Shown here: piece after piece, positions 1-10,640 of the stretch
How positions within the stretch are numbered: the first letter of the stretch is position 1
How the letters are laid out: every line of letters starts with the position of its first letter
DNA from: Lepidodermella squamata
Lineage: Eukaryota > Animalia > Gastrotricha
DNA: 64,000 bases
Direction: 5' to 3'
NCBI GenBank assembly: GCA_047495785.1
Contig: JBLDXI010000085.1
Coordinates: forward strand, 124,001 to 188,000
Notes under the pieces: model-generated
The model's input: only the letters and a program-made list of their open reading frames with translations
Database searches by the model: none
Told to the model about the DNA's origin: nothing
Program-made: the position numbers and the translations under genes

Positions 1-150
1 ATATCAGAAAAACCCAGCAAAACAGCGCTATTCTCATTCAAATTAATCTGGTAACTAAACAAGCCCTGGCAAGAATAAAGCATTGCAATCCGGTGAAATC
101 AGATGTGACAGAGTTAAACATTGGCAGTTTTCCGTAAAGTTATCCGGCTG

Positions 151-332
151 CAGTGTCGAAGATGGCGGGGGGGACGGGGGGGATTGTCCCTGCTTCGAGC
201 CCTCGGGCTCGAAGCCTAACCACAGGGGGGACCCTTACGATTTTTTCCCTGGCCCCTACGGAAACTTGAGAGATGTAAGGGGGGACCCTTACCTATATCC
301 CCCTTTCGGCAAAATGTCCATCTTCTACACTG
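151..332. mobile_element. hAT-type MITE (182 bp)
   Basis: TIR CAGTGTCGAAGATGG / CCATCTTCTACACTG (1 mismatch); perfect 8-bp TSD TCCGGCTG at 143-150 and 333-340. Nested in another repeat resembling 50922-51143. Confidence 0.85.
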
Positions 333-1492
333 TCCGGCTGGCAAAGCGAGAAAGCCTCGAAAAGTGGCCGAATCTAGGGCTGGATGCTCTATTACACTTT
401 TAAACTAAACTACTGAAATTAAACTGAAAATCGTGTTAATGAGCAGATGTGACGCTATTAAGCGGCGCTATATTTGCTGATTGAGCAACTTGAGCAAACA
501 TTTCCATTGCGAGCGTGTAACAGTTCCATTTCACAATTTAAGCCATAGACATAATTTAGAGTGAATTATGTCTACGATGCCTTTACTAATCTGGTTACGT
601 GTGACGTATTTGTTTGTATTAGCTGCTGACTGGGACAAGCAAGCATCTTTCTACCTCGAGTATGAATCAAGAAAAAAATCTCGAGCGTTCTATGTTCAAT
701 GTACTTCGATGTTAAATTCAATCAGGTCATGCAATTGAGCGTTGAATTATCGCCAGGAAGTATAACACTCGACTGACTCATAGTTATCCGATGAAAAGTT
801 TTGCTTTTGAGTCACTACTGTCTTGGATGTTTGGCTTTACTATCATAGGGGTTTGAATAAAGCATGGTAAATATGTAGTGTTGATGTAGTGCTGTTAAAC
901 CAGCAGCGTTGACAGCTAAATTAGAATCAGAATCAACAAAACGAAAGGAATCGATTGCCAAGTGCCAAGTGAGTTGTGCCATGTTAATCAAATCACACGA
1001 TTCTTAGTTGAAATCACTTGTAATTTTGTCAAATACAGCAAACAATTTGTTTCCATCCCGCCGGCAACTCCGGGATCAAAGATCGCACCCTGGCTGAACC
1101 CTTTTTCGTAGTTGGCAAGACTTTTTATTGACGCTGTATCCTTCGTCCTCCGACGTAGATGCACCAGCCACCGTCTCACACCGTCTCAAAAGCAACCCTA
1201 CATCAAAGGAGAGGATCGCCACCGTCAAGACTCAAGACAATGAAACGTCTGATCGTCCTTCTTCAGACTTCCTAACCGGATGTTTTCAATCTATGCGTGG
1301 GAATTTCAACAAAGGTTCTGAATAATTTAATCCTCACGCATTGCATCAATATTATAAAACGAGAAAAAACACGAGTTGAAACCTAATAAATAAGAAAATA
1401 CTTGAACGAAAACAAAGCAACACGTAGTAAATGCGCATACGGGCAAGAGGAAATTCTTGCTTGACAGCTCAGTTTTCTTGTTTAATTTCAAA

Positions 1493-3036
1493 ATGCTTCT
1501 CTATTTAGCAATTGTAATCGCTTTCCTTGGGCTGGGATCTGAACTGGCCCTTGCTCAGGAAGATCTTGAATGCGGAGCTGCTACCTCCACATCTGCGGCG
1601 GAAGCAAGCGACTCAGCTGGCAGCCAGCCGGTGGAACCAAATGCCTACCCATGGCTAGTATGTTTCGATTGTAAATATTATTAATTCATTTAACAAAAAC
1701 AGAATGTTCATTCAAGGTTTCTCTTGAGATTCGCAAAAGGGGTGAAACATCAGCCTCGTACTGCGGAGCTTCCCTTATCTCGAAGCAATGGCTGATAACT
1801 GCAGCTCAGTGCGTTTCGAATGCCATTTCGTGAGTGCTTTAATAAATTCCCCTACTTATGACGATTCAGTGTTTGTTTGAACAGGATCAAGGCAACGCTA
1901 GGTCGCCATAATACCAGTGATCGTTTAAAGAGAGCCTACTATGAATCTTTCGTATCGCTACCACCTTTGGTGCATCCGCTATACAATAGAAATGAGAATG
2001 TATCCGACTTTGATTTCGCCCTCTTGCAATTGAAGAAGCCGCTGTCTAGGTTCTCGCAGCAGATCAAACCGATTTGTTTGCCTGACGCTAGAACCATGTG
2101 CCGAGCCGATTCAATTGATGGATGCGAGTCAGTTTTCGCTGTTGGCTGGGGTCGTTTCGAATACGGTATGATCTAACATCATACATAACAGTCGCCAGGC
2201 ATTCAGACCAAGAGGCCCGGGATTCGTTGGGATTTTGAAAGTAGGACATAGCCCCATTTCTATTTTTGTATTTTAGCCCAACCAAGATCTGAGATTCCGA
2301 GGAAAATTAATCTGCAGGTTCAGTCGTACGCAAATTGTTCGCAGGAGTATTCCCGCGACTCGAAGATGTGTTTCGTCACCGATAGCAGTGGCGTTTGCTT
2401 TGGCGATTCTGGGAGTCCACTCATGTGTTCGAAATCAAATAGGACTTACCTACTCGGTATAAATTCGAACAATGGTGATTCGTGCACGGCAGAAACGCCT
2501 GGCATCTACAGCAGGGTCTGCAAGATTCTGGATTGGATTTCGAACAACACAGATTTCCGAAGGCAGAGCAGCATCCCAGCAGTCCAGTCCTGTTCCGTGC
2601 CAAGCGTAACGGCGGGATTAGTCACCCGAGTGGGCCCAGAAACCTTCCGAGATACTGGGGCAGTTCTAATGCCTGAAGAAGTTGTAGAAAGAGGAAGTGT
2701 AGTGAGTGTTAAGTGCAACCTTGGTTACGAATACTCCTCTGTCTCAATTGCAACGTGCCTGCCTCCATTTCAACCGTTATTAAATGGAAGGTGTAACCCT
2801 ATAGGTAAGTAACATTGTATGTAACCAATTTTACTCACTGTTTGAATGTGGGTTGTTAAGGCTGCGGTTCCGTCCCCACGATCTGGAACGGCGACGTATC
2901 TCCTGGTCTATCGAGCTTCGGAGCCACTCGAACCGTATCATGCAATGAAAATTTCGAGATTCAAGGAAATGCTGCAATCTCGTGTCTATCGCACGCAACC
3001 TGGTCGCAGCCTGGGTATTGCGTTCTCAAAGAGTCT
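1493..3036 (+). CDS. Secreted trypsin-like (S1) serine-protease homolog with two C-terminal Sushi/CCP domains; catalytic His replaced by Gln; 3' end uncertain
   Basis: Signal peptide MLLYLAIVIAFLGLGSELALA. Spliced exons give EPNAYPWL|VSL..YCGASLISKQWLITAAQC, DFDFALLQL, AVGWG, GDSGSPL, PGIYSRV..WI. Then CSVP..VSVKCNLGY..ATC and GCGSVPTIWNG..TVSCNENFEIQGNAAISC..TWSQPGYC (Sushi pattern). A donor gtaagt follows 3036, so a further short exon is likely. Confidence 0.85.
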
Positions 3037-3643
3037 GTAAGTTGCTTTTATGCAATTAGCCCGATGTTTTTAACATTTCGTTCGGGTTTACGGGCATCGA
3101 TCAAATTCACCCTCAATCCGCAAGCTTTTGAAATTTCAAAATTCAAATCCAAATTAGATTTTTTGAGACGGAGTCAGGCGAGAAAATCTGCCACCGCATG
3201 TTCCCAGTGGGAATGGGGACATTTTATTCTGAGATCTAAAAATTCAGGGAAATGAGAAGATTTTCTGTCTCTTTGTCTATTTTTGGCTTGGTAAAACTGC
3301 ACGAAATTCAACCTCGCCTTCGCATTTTCATTTTTCATTTTTTGTTAGTTTTTAGGTGAATCTTTTCCACCAAAAGTCGCTAGAAGACGGGCTATAGCTC
3401 AAAGAAAACAGGCAAGAGTCCGCTTTCGAACGGATGTAGCACAGAGCGGGGTAGGACCGTGGAACTGGTAGGGGTAGCCAAAATCAACATAAGGGACTCC
3501 CTTTGGTCTTTGGATAAGCTCATCGTACAGACCGATGGAAATAGTAGGGATGATCCCTTACCATGCCTAGCTCGCGGGGATGTAGGGTCGTAGAAAATTT
3601 ACTGAAGAAAGCACGATGCATAGAGAATAGAGAATTGGGCACG

Positions 3644-5549
3644 ATGATACACCCTACTCCCTGTGCTACTGTGCTGCTGTGTCTTCTTTATTAAGATCAG
3701 CACAGCATACGAGAGGCTGTGGGATGCAACAGCCGATGCGAAAGACGTGGCGCTAGTGAGACAACTGATTGCGCAGATCGACAATGCCACTGGCGGCAAG
3801 TTCGACCCGAACTGGCGCAACCCAAAGCTGGTCGTCTGCATTTTAAGGGAATACGATAACGATTATCTGCCACGGTATACGAAGTATACTCCCCTCCTTC
3901 ACAGTGTCATGTGTTCTAATCGGACGGAATCTGACCAGCGGGCGCTTATAGCTCAACTGTTGATCGAGGATCGTGGTGCTGACGTGAATTCCAAGGAGGC
4001 TTTTCTTGGTTGGACGGCGTTGATGATTGCGGCTATGAATGGGCGTGTCGAAGCTGTGCGACTGTTGCTGGATCACAACGCTACTATCGACGCAGAGGAT
4101 GACGATGGCTGGACGGCGTTGATGCATGCGGCTAGGAATGGGAACGTCGAAGTATTTCAACTTTTGCTGGATCACAACGCTACTATCGAGGCAAATGATG
4201 ATATTCGCTTGACGGAGTTGATGTTTGCGGCTGAGGCAGGGAACGTCGAAGTAGTTCGACTGTTGCTGGATCATAACGCTACCATCGATGCCAAGGATTA
4301 TGAAGGCCAGACGGCATTGATGCATGCGGCTAGGAATGGGAACGTCGAAGTATTTCGACTGTTGCTGGATCACAACGCTACTATCGACGCAAAGGATGAT
4401 CGTGGTTGGACGGCGTTGATGAATGCGGCTGAGGCAGGGAACGTCGAAGTAGTTCGACTGTTGCTGGATTACAACGCTACCATTGGCACCAGGAATTCCT
4501 TTGGCCAGACGGCATTGATACAGGCGGCTAAATTTGGGAACGTCGAAGTAGTTCGACTGTTGCTGGATCACAACGCTACTATCGACGCAAAGGATGATCG
4601 TGGCTGGACGGCGTTGATGGATGCAGCTAAGAATGGGCGTGTCGAAGTTGTTCGACTGTTGCTGGATTACAGCGCTACTATCGACGCAAAGGATGATCGT
4701 GGCTGGACGGCGTTGATGGATGCAGCTAAGAATGGGCGTGTCGAAGTTGTTCGACTGTTGCTGGATCGCAACGCTACCATCGAGGCCAAGGATAATGATG
4801 GCTGGACGGCGTTGATAAATGCGGCTACATATGGGCATGTCGAAGTTGTTCGACTGTTGATGGATCGCAACGCTGCAATCGAGGCCAAGGGTAATGATGG
4901 CTGGGCGGCGTTGATGAATGCGGCTACATATGGGCATGTCGAAGTTGTGCGACTGTTGCTGGATCGCAACGCTACCATTGACGCCAGGTATTTCTTTGGC
5001 CAGACGGCATTGATGTGGATGGATCGCAACGCGACTATCGGGGCCAAGACTGAAAATGGCATGACGGCGTTGATGTGTGCAGCTAAGAATGGGCATGTCG
5101 AAGTTCTTCGACTGTTGCTGGATCGCAACGCTACTATCGAGGTCAAGGATAATGATGGCTGGACGGCGTTGATGCATGCGGCTAGGAATGGGAACGTCGA
5201 AGTATTTCGACTATTGCTGGATCACAACGCTACTATCGAGGTCAAGGATAATGATGGCTGGACGGCGTTGATGCATGCGGCTAGGAATGGGAACGTCGAA
5301 GTATTTCGACTATTGCTGGATAACAACGCTACTATCGAGGCCAAGGATAATGATGGCTGGACGGCGTTGATGCACGCGGCTAGGAATGGGAGAGTCGAAG
5401 TAGTTCGACTGCTGCTGGATAGTGGTGCAAATAAGGATGTTAGAAATATAAATGGAAGAACAGCGCTCGATTTGGCGATTTGCAAAAACTACGAAACAGC
5501 CGATCTGCTGAGGTCGCGAGGAGCAAGTCGAGCGATGTCATCCTGCTGA
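3644..5549 (+). CDS. Intronless ankyrin-repeat protein (~16 repeats of 33 aa) with a putative signal peptide; ATG at 3644 is one base out of frame
   Basis: ORF 3663-5549 with tandem GWTALMxAAxNGxVEVVRLLLDxNATIxAKDxx repeats (99-bp units, near-identical DNA). ATG-a-TAC ACC CTA.. would give MYTLLPVLLCCCVFFIKISTA if one A were removed. Confidence 0.85.
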
Positions 5550-5764
5550 CGTGGCCCACAACGTTTGACAGCGTTCAGTTGGAACAGATATGGATCATTT
5601 GACTGCATACTTGTATACTTAATCTGCATACTTCCTGAATTTTCCCAATGCGCTGATTATAATTGTTCTTTTATCTCGAAGGATTTCACAGTTTTCAATC
5701 AAGCTGAATCCTTGAAGCAAAATATTATTACACCTTTTTTCCTTTGCAATTTCATTATTTTTAT

Positions 5765-8700
5765 TAAAGAAAAGCGCGTTTATTTTTTCATGATTATCAG
5801 CGTATTCATTATTTTATTCATTTTCTTACATTTTTCTACCTAAGGATTTACTCGATCTTCGAAGGTTCGCTGTATGCGAATACGAAACCCGAATTGGATG
5901 AATTATATATCAAATTGAAGCTAGAGATCTGATCTATCTAGCTGTGAAATTAGAATACTGGATGCCATTTTGTTCTTGAAGGTATTCAACGTTTTAGCTG
6001 ACTGGTTGTTCGGAAAGTTTCTTCTGATTTTACCTACAGTAACGTTTATTTTTCAACAAATAACTACTAAGGATGCCGGGGGGAACCCTCATACTGTCAC
6101 CGTTTGTGAGTTGACAAGTTGTTTGTTTGTTTGTTTGTATGCCGCCAGTGTGCGCACAATCTATGCACGCCTCTCGCGCACGCTTTAAATTACATAGGTT
6201 TGGTTTTTGGATCTAAAACTAGGCGATTGCTTATATTCTTACGTGTTTGTATGACAATTGAGCAACGACAATTCGGCAATTCGGCAATATTTTGTTATTC
6301 GATCGAAAACTCGAAACTTGCCAAACGACTAATGGTACCTCGCACCCTGCTCCGCTCGCATAGCCTTTTTACCCCTAATATTCTTGCTCAATGCAGGACA
6401 TAACATTTTGTCCCGTTCTCGGACTTTATCACTCTTTCTCAAACGTGAATTTATTCCTGCCGAGTTGTCGTTTCCCAATATCCAGTGATTTTCATCATAT
6501 CGAGTTGTCGTTTTGCCGAATTGTCGTACCGAGCTGTCGCACGTTGAATAGCCGCTTGCTCCATTGTCGCCCCACCTCTTTCTAGCGCTGTCTTGCGCTG
6601 TCTGTCGATGTTACTCACGAGTTACGCGATAAGTTTTTGAATCCCATTAAGCCGTTGAACGAGTCTATCGCCCTTGAGCTCTCAGACTGCTATCACAGGA
6701 AGTTTGTCGCGTCCGAAAACGTTATGCAACGAACTGACCTAACAAACTCTCTTGAACTCCCAGAACGCTACTATCGACGCAAAGGATGATCGTGGTTGGA
6801 CGGCGTTGATGAATGCGGCTGAGGCAGGGAACGTCGAAGTAGTTCGACTGTTGCTGGATTACAACGCTACCATTGGCACCAGGAATTCCTTTGGCCAGAC
6901 GGCATTGATACAGGCGGCTAAATTTGGGAACGTCGAAGTAGTTCGACTGTTGCTGGATCACAACGCTACTATCGACGCAAAGGATGATCGTGGCTGGACG
7001 GCGTTGATGGATGCAGCTAAGAATGGGCGTGTCGAAGTTGTTCGACTGTTGCTGGATTACAGCGCTACTATCGACGCAAAGGATGATCGTGGCTGGACGG
7101 CGTTGATGGATGCAGCTAAGAATGGGCGTGTCGAAGTTGTTCGACTGTTGCTGGATCGCAACGCTACCATCGAGGCCAAGGATAATGATGGCTGGACGGC
7201 GTTGATAAATGCGGCTACATATGGGCATGTCGAAGTTGTTCGACTGTTGATGGATCGCAACGCTGCAATCGAGGCCAAGGGTAATGATGGCTGGGCGGCG
7301 TTGATGAATGCGGCTACATATGGGCATGTCGAAGTTGTGCGATAAGTTTTTGAATCCCATTAAGCCGTTGAACGAGTCTATCGCCCTTGAGCTCTCAGAC
7401 TGCTATCACAGGAAGTTTGTCGCGTCCGAAAACGTTATGCAACGAACTGACCTAACAAACTCTCTTGAACTCCCAGAACCGCCGAGTTCTCCGTTCTCCG
7501 GTGCGTGGTAGCCGATAATGTGCGTTGCCTTGAGACTCTAATAACTAACTGGTTTTATGCCATTTGTCCCATTTTCTAGTAGGGAACTGGTGGCAAGTGG
7601 CAACTTTTCTTATACTGTCGTAATACAGCGATTGCCGCAGTTTTACGAGGTTTTCACGGCAAAACGTCGTAAAACTTCGCAAAAACACAAAAAAAACATA
7701 AAGTTTGGCAAAAACTTGGCGATTGCTGATTATCGCGATCAACCACCCTATATCGTCGCTGTGTCGGGGATATCGTTGGTAGCGCGTCAGAAGGAACCTC
7801 TAGGCTTGTTTACATGAGGCGGTAAAAGTCAATGCGGTCGAAACAATTGTCTATATCCAAATTTACTGGTGGTAATCGACTAGCTGCTGTAAGTTATTAC
7901 GCCGTTCGCCGAATCTATTGCTCTCTCCGTCTCCGGCGCATGGTTGCTGATACTGTGAATCGCCTTGAGACTTTTGTAACTCCCTGGTTGGAGGCCATTA
8001 TTCCTATTTTCTACAAGCGAGAAAACGGTGTTAAGTGGCACTTTCGTTGTACTCTGGGGCACAGCCTGCGGTACTTTTCCTGGGGCACAGCCTGCGGGCT
8101 CAGAACGGAATAGATCTGATCTAAGCCTAAGCAGCAGTTGTCTGTGACGGCAACAGTTAAATGTCGTCAATGTCAGTGGGTATGTGATTCCGCAAAGTTA
8201 TTATCTCGAGTCAAGGGCTCAGACATTGTGTAACCAAAAGCTACCTTTCCGGAGGCACAGTCAAGGTCTCAGAACGGAATCGATCAGGCTCGAGCAACGC
8301 TGTCGCTTGCCAAGCATGCATTCGTTGTTGCGCGCTTAACGCCACTACGAGGATAACGCTTGCTAGATAATGCCTTTGCCCGATGATTTGGAGAGGTTGC
8401 TGCCAATCTTGATCGCAGTTAATTGCGGCATTAGAGCAGTTCGAGCCCGTCCCAGCAGTGTACAGATTGAACTACTAGTATTGTTGTCATCAGTCTCGAT
8501 GGTTCCCCCCGGCGCTACTGCAACAGCTAAGCTGTTGCTGTGGCCAATTATTCTGTTACTTAGTCTTCGCTAATTTCATCATTTCATCATGAAACCAAAG
8601 CAATATTTGGGAAAACTACCTCAGCATCCGGGTAAGCTATTGCCCAAAATGCTACTAAAGCTCAATTTTTCGAAGTTCCATCGCTTCTACTCGAGATATC

Positions 8701-9032
8701 ACCTTCGCCTGATTGTTCTTATCATTTTTGGAGAGGAGGGAGGGGCCTTATACCTATAAAATATAAAAACTACCCAAGTAAAACATCTTTGCAGTTCATT
8801 CTAGTTACTCCTTAGTTTCTGCGAAACAAATAATAATTTTGTCGATCTGATCGCATATTTGAAAAGATCATATGTCTAGCTTCAATTTGATATATAATTC
8901 ATCCAATTCGGGTTTCGTATTCGCATACAGCGAACCTTCGAAGATCGAGTAAATCCTTAGGTAGAAAAAAGTAAGAAAATGAATAAAATGAATACGCTGA
9001 TGATCTTGAAAAAATAACCGCGTGTTTCTTTA
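5765..9032. repeat. Dispersed ~170-bp inverted repeat pair (about 5765-5935 and 8865-9032)
   Basis: ctacctaaggatttactcgatcttcgaaggttcgctgtatgcgaatacgaaacccgaattggatgaattatatatcaaattgaagctaga is present in reverse complement at about 8876-8965. No clear TSD. Confidence 0.7.
6764..7342 (+). pseudogene. 579-bp copy of ankyrin gene segment 4374-4952, flanked by a 141-bp direct duplication (6626-6766 / 7339-7479)
   Basis: Identical by eye to 4374-4952. Junction microhomologies AAC and GCGA. No start codon and no 3' end. Confidence 0.85.
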
Positions 9033-9572
9033 CACCTTTTCCATTTGCATTCTACCGCGGCACAATTGCATTTTGCCGGTCTATATTTAGCATGAACTTG
9101 TTCACGTGAATGATGGCTGTTTATTTTTGCGTCTTCTTCGTCGTCGTATTCCACTTCTATGGCAATGATGGTAATGAATGAATTTTATTGCTCTTGGCAC
9201 TGATCAGTAGCTAAATATAGCACACTTTTATTACGCTGATATCGGTTGCGCCAATTTCGTGTTGTAATATGTGCAGAAATTTGCGATTTATAGTTGAATG
9301 AAACAATAGACAGGGTAAAAATTAAAGAGCAAACGTAATTTATTACCAGATTTCACTTCAAATTTTATAAATTTATAAATTAATTTCAGTCTTATAAATA
9401 GCGATAATTTATTAGACAATGAACATCTGCTGATTCCATCCGAGAACTGAAAAATTAAAAATTCAGATTTGTGTCTTTGATCGAAGTTGAGACGGCAATC
9501 GACAAGCTTTCTTACAAATCGACTACTGGTTACGATGGCGTTCCGGAATGCATCGTGAAAGTGGTGAAAATA

Positions 9573-10629
9573 ATCACCACTGTTATGTAGCTTGCTCAAT
9601 ATATACCTCATTTAACTGTCTTATCCATGTTAACTTGACAGCATAGACAAATAATAAGAGACTGGACACTCTTGCCTTTGCAATACTGCCGAAATTATTC
9701 GAATTTACAATTTAAAATTCATCCTTAAGCACATTAAACACATCCTTAAGGAAATTTACGAATTTCAGCCCTCACTATATCCTGGCGTTGCAAAGACAGT
9801 TTTCATCGGTTGTGGACGAGCCGTGGCCATAAAAGGCAGTAGCTTACGCTCTATTCAACCATATAAATTTTGAAGCTGTAACATAAATATTTCCTCAAAA
9901 ATCAGGGCTTTAAAAACTTTGAGAGCCTGCCCTGCAATTTGCCCCATCTCGGAATCAAGAATGGTACTAATGGGATCGATGCAGAATTGTATGAGCTTTC
10001 TTTTGATACCAAAATCATGTGGTGCATGGAAAGTTGCACTAGATCGTGAAACCTTATCTCTGCATCGTGAAAACACAAGGCGCAATTAAAACACAAAGTT
10101 AGTGTGCAGATAAAAAAACAAATTCGATCTACCTCAAATTGGATTAAAAAGACACTTCATCAAATTTGCTTTTTCGTTTTTATTAAACTGTGAAAGCCCA
10201 GGTAAATACGCACCTCATGATTTTGGTATCAAAAGAAAGCTCATACAATTCTGCATCGATCCCATTAGTACCATTCTTGATTCCGAGATGGGGCAAATTG
10301 CAGGGCAGGCTCTCAAAGTTTTTAAAGCCCTGATTTTTGAGGAAATATTTATGTTACAGCTTCAAAATTTATATGGTTGAATAGAGCGTAAGCTACTGCC
10401 TTTTATGGCCACGGCTCGTCCACAACCGATGAAAACTGTCTTTGCAACGCCAGGATATAGTGAGGGCTGAAATTCGTAAATTTCTCGAACGATGAACATT
10501 CGAATAATTTCGGCAGTATTGCAAAGGCAAGAGTGTCCAGTCTCTTATTATTTGTCTATGCTGTCAAGTTAACATGGATAAGACAGTTAAATGAGGTATA
10601 TATTGAGCAAGCTACATAACAGTGGTGAT
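9573..10629. mobile_element. Fold-back/MITE-like element with ~420-450-bp terminal inverted repeats and TA TSD (Tc1/mariner-like, non-autonomous)
   Basis: Arms 9573-~10025 and ~10211-10629 are reverse complements, except a replaced patch at ~9704-9750. Ends TA|ATCACCACTG ... CAGTGGTGAT|TA. Confidence 0.75.
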
Positions 10630-10640
10630 TAATGGCCGCA

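Noticed and set aside
1000-1325. Possible terminal exon of an upstream gene
   Set aside because: Low-complexity Ser/Thr-rich ORF with no motif or linkable upstream exon.
4000-5450. Regular repeats as a CRISPR array
   Set aside because: Contiguous coding repeats with no unique spacers, in a eukaryotic context.
3843-5485. Long antisense ORFs (444, 159, 87 aa) and 6722-7360
   Set aside because: Shadows of the 99-bp ankyrin repeats on the opposite strand; no independent protein signal.
7480-8580. Short ORFs and small repeats (ggggcacagcctgcgg x2, tcagaacggaat x2)
   Set aside because: No recognisable domain or consistent splice model.
5765-9032. One autonomous DNA transposon that captured the ankyrin fragment
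   Set aside because: No transposase ORF or clear TSD; the inverted arms may be separate repeat copies.
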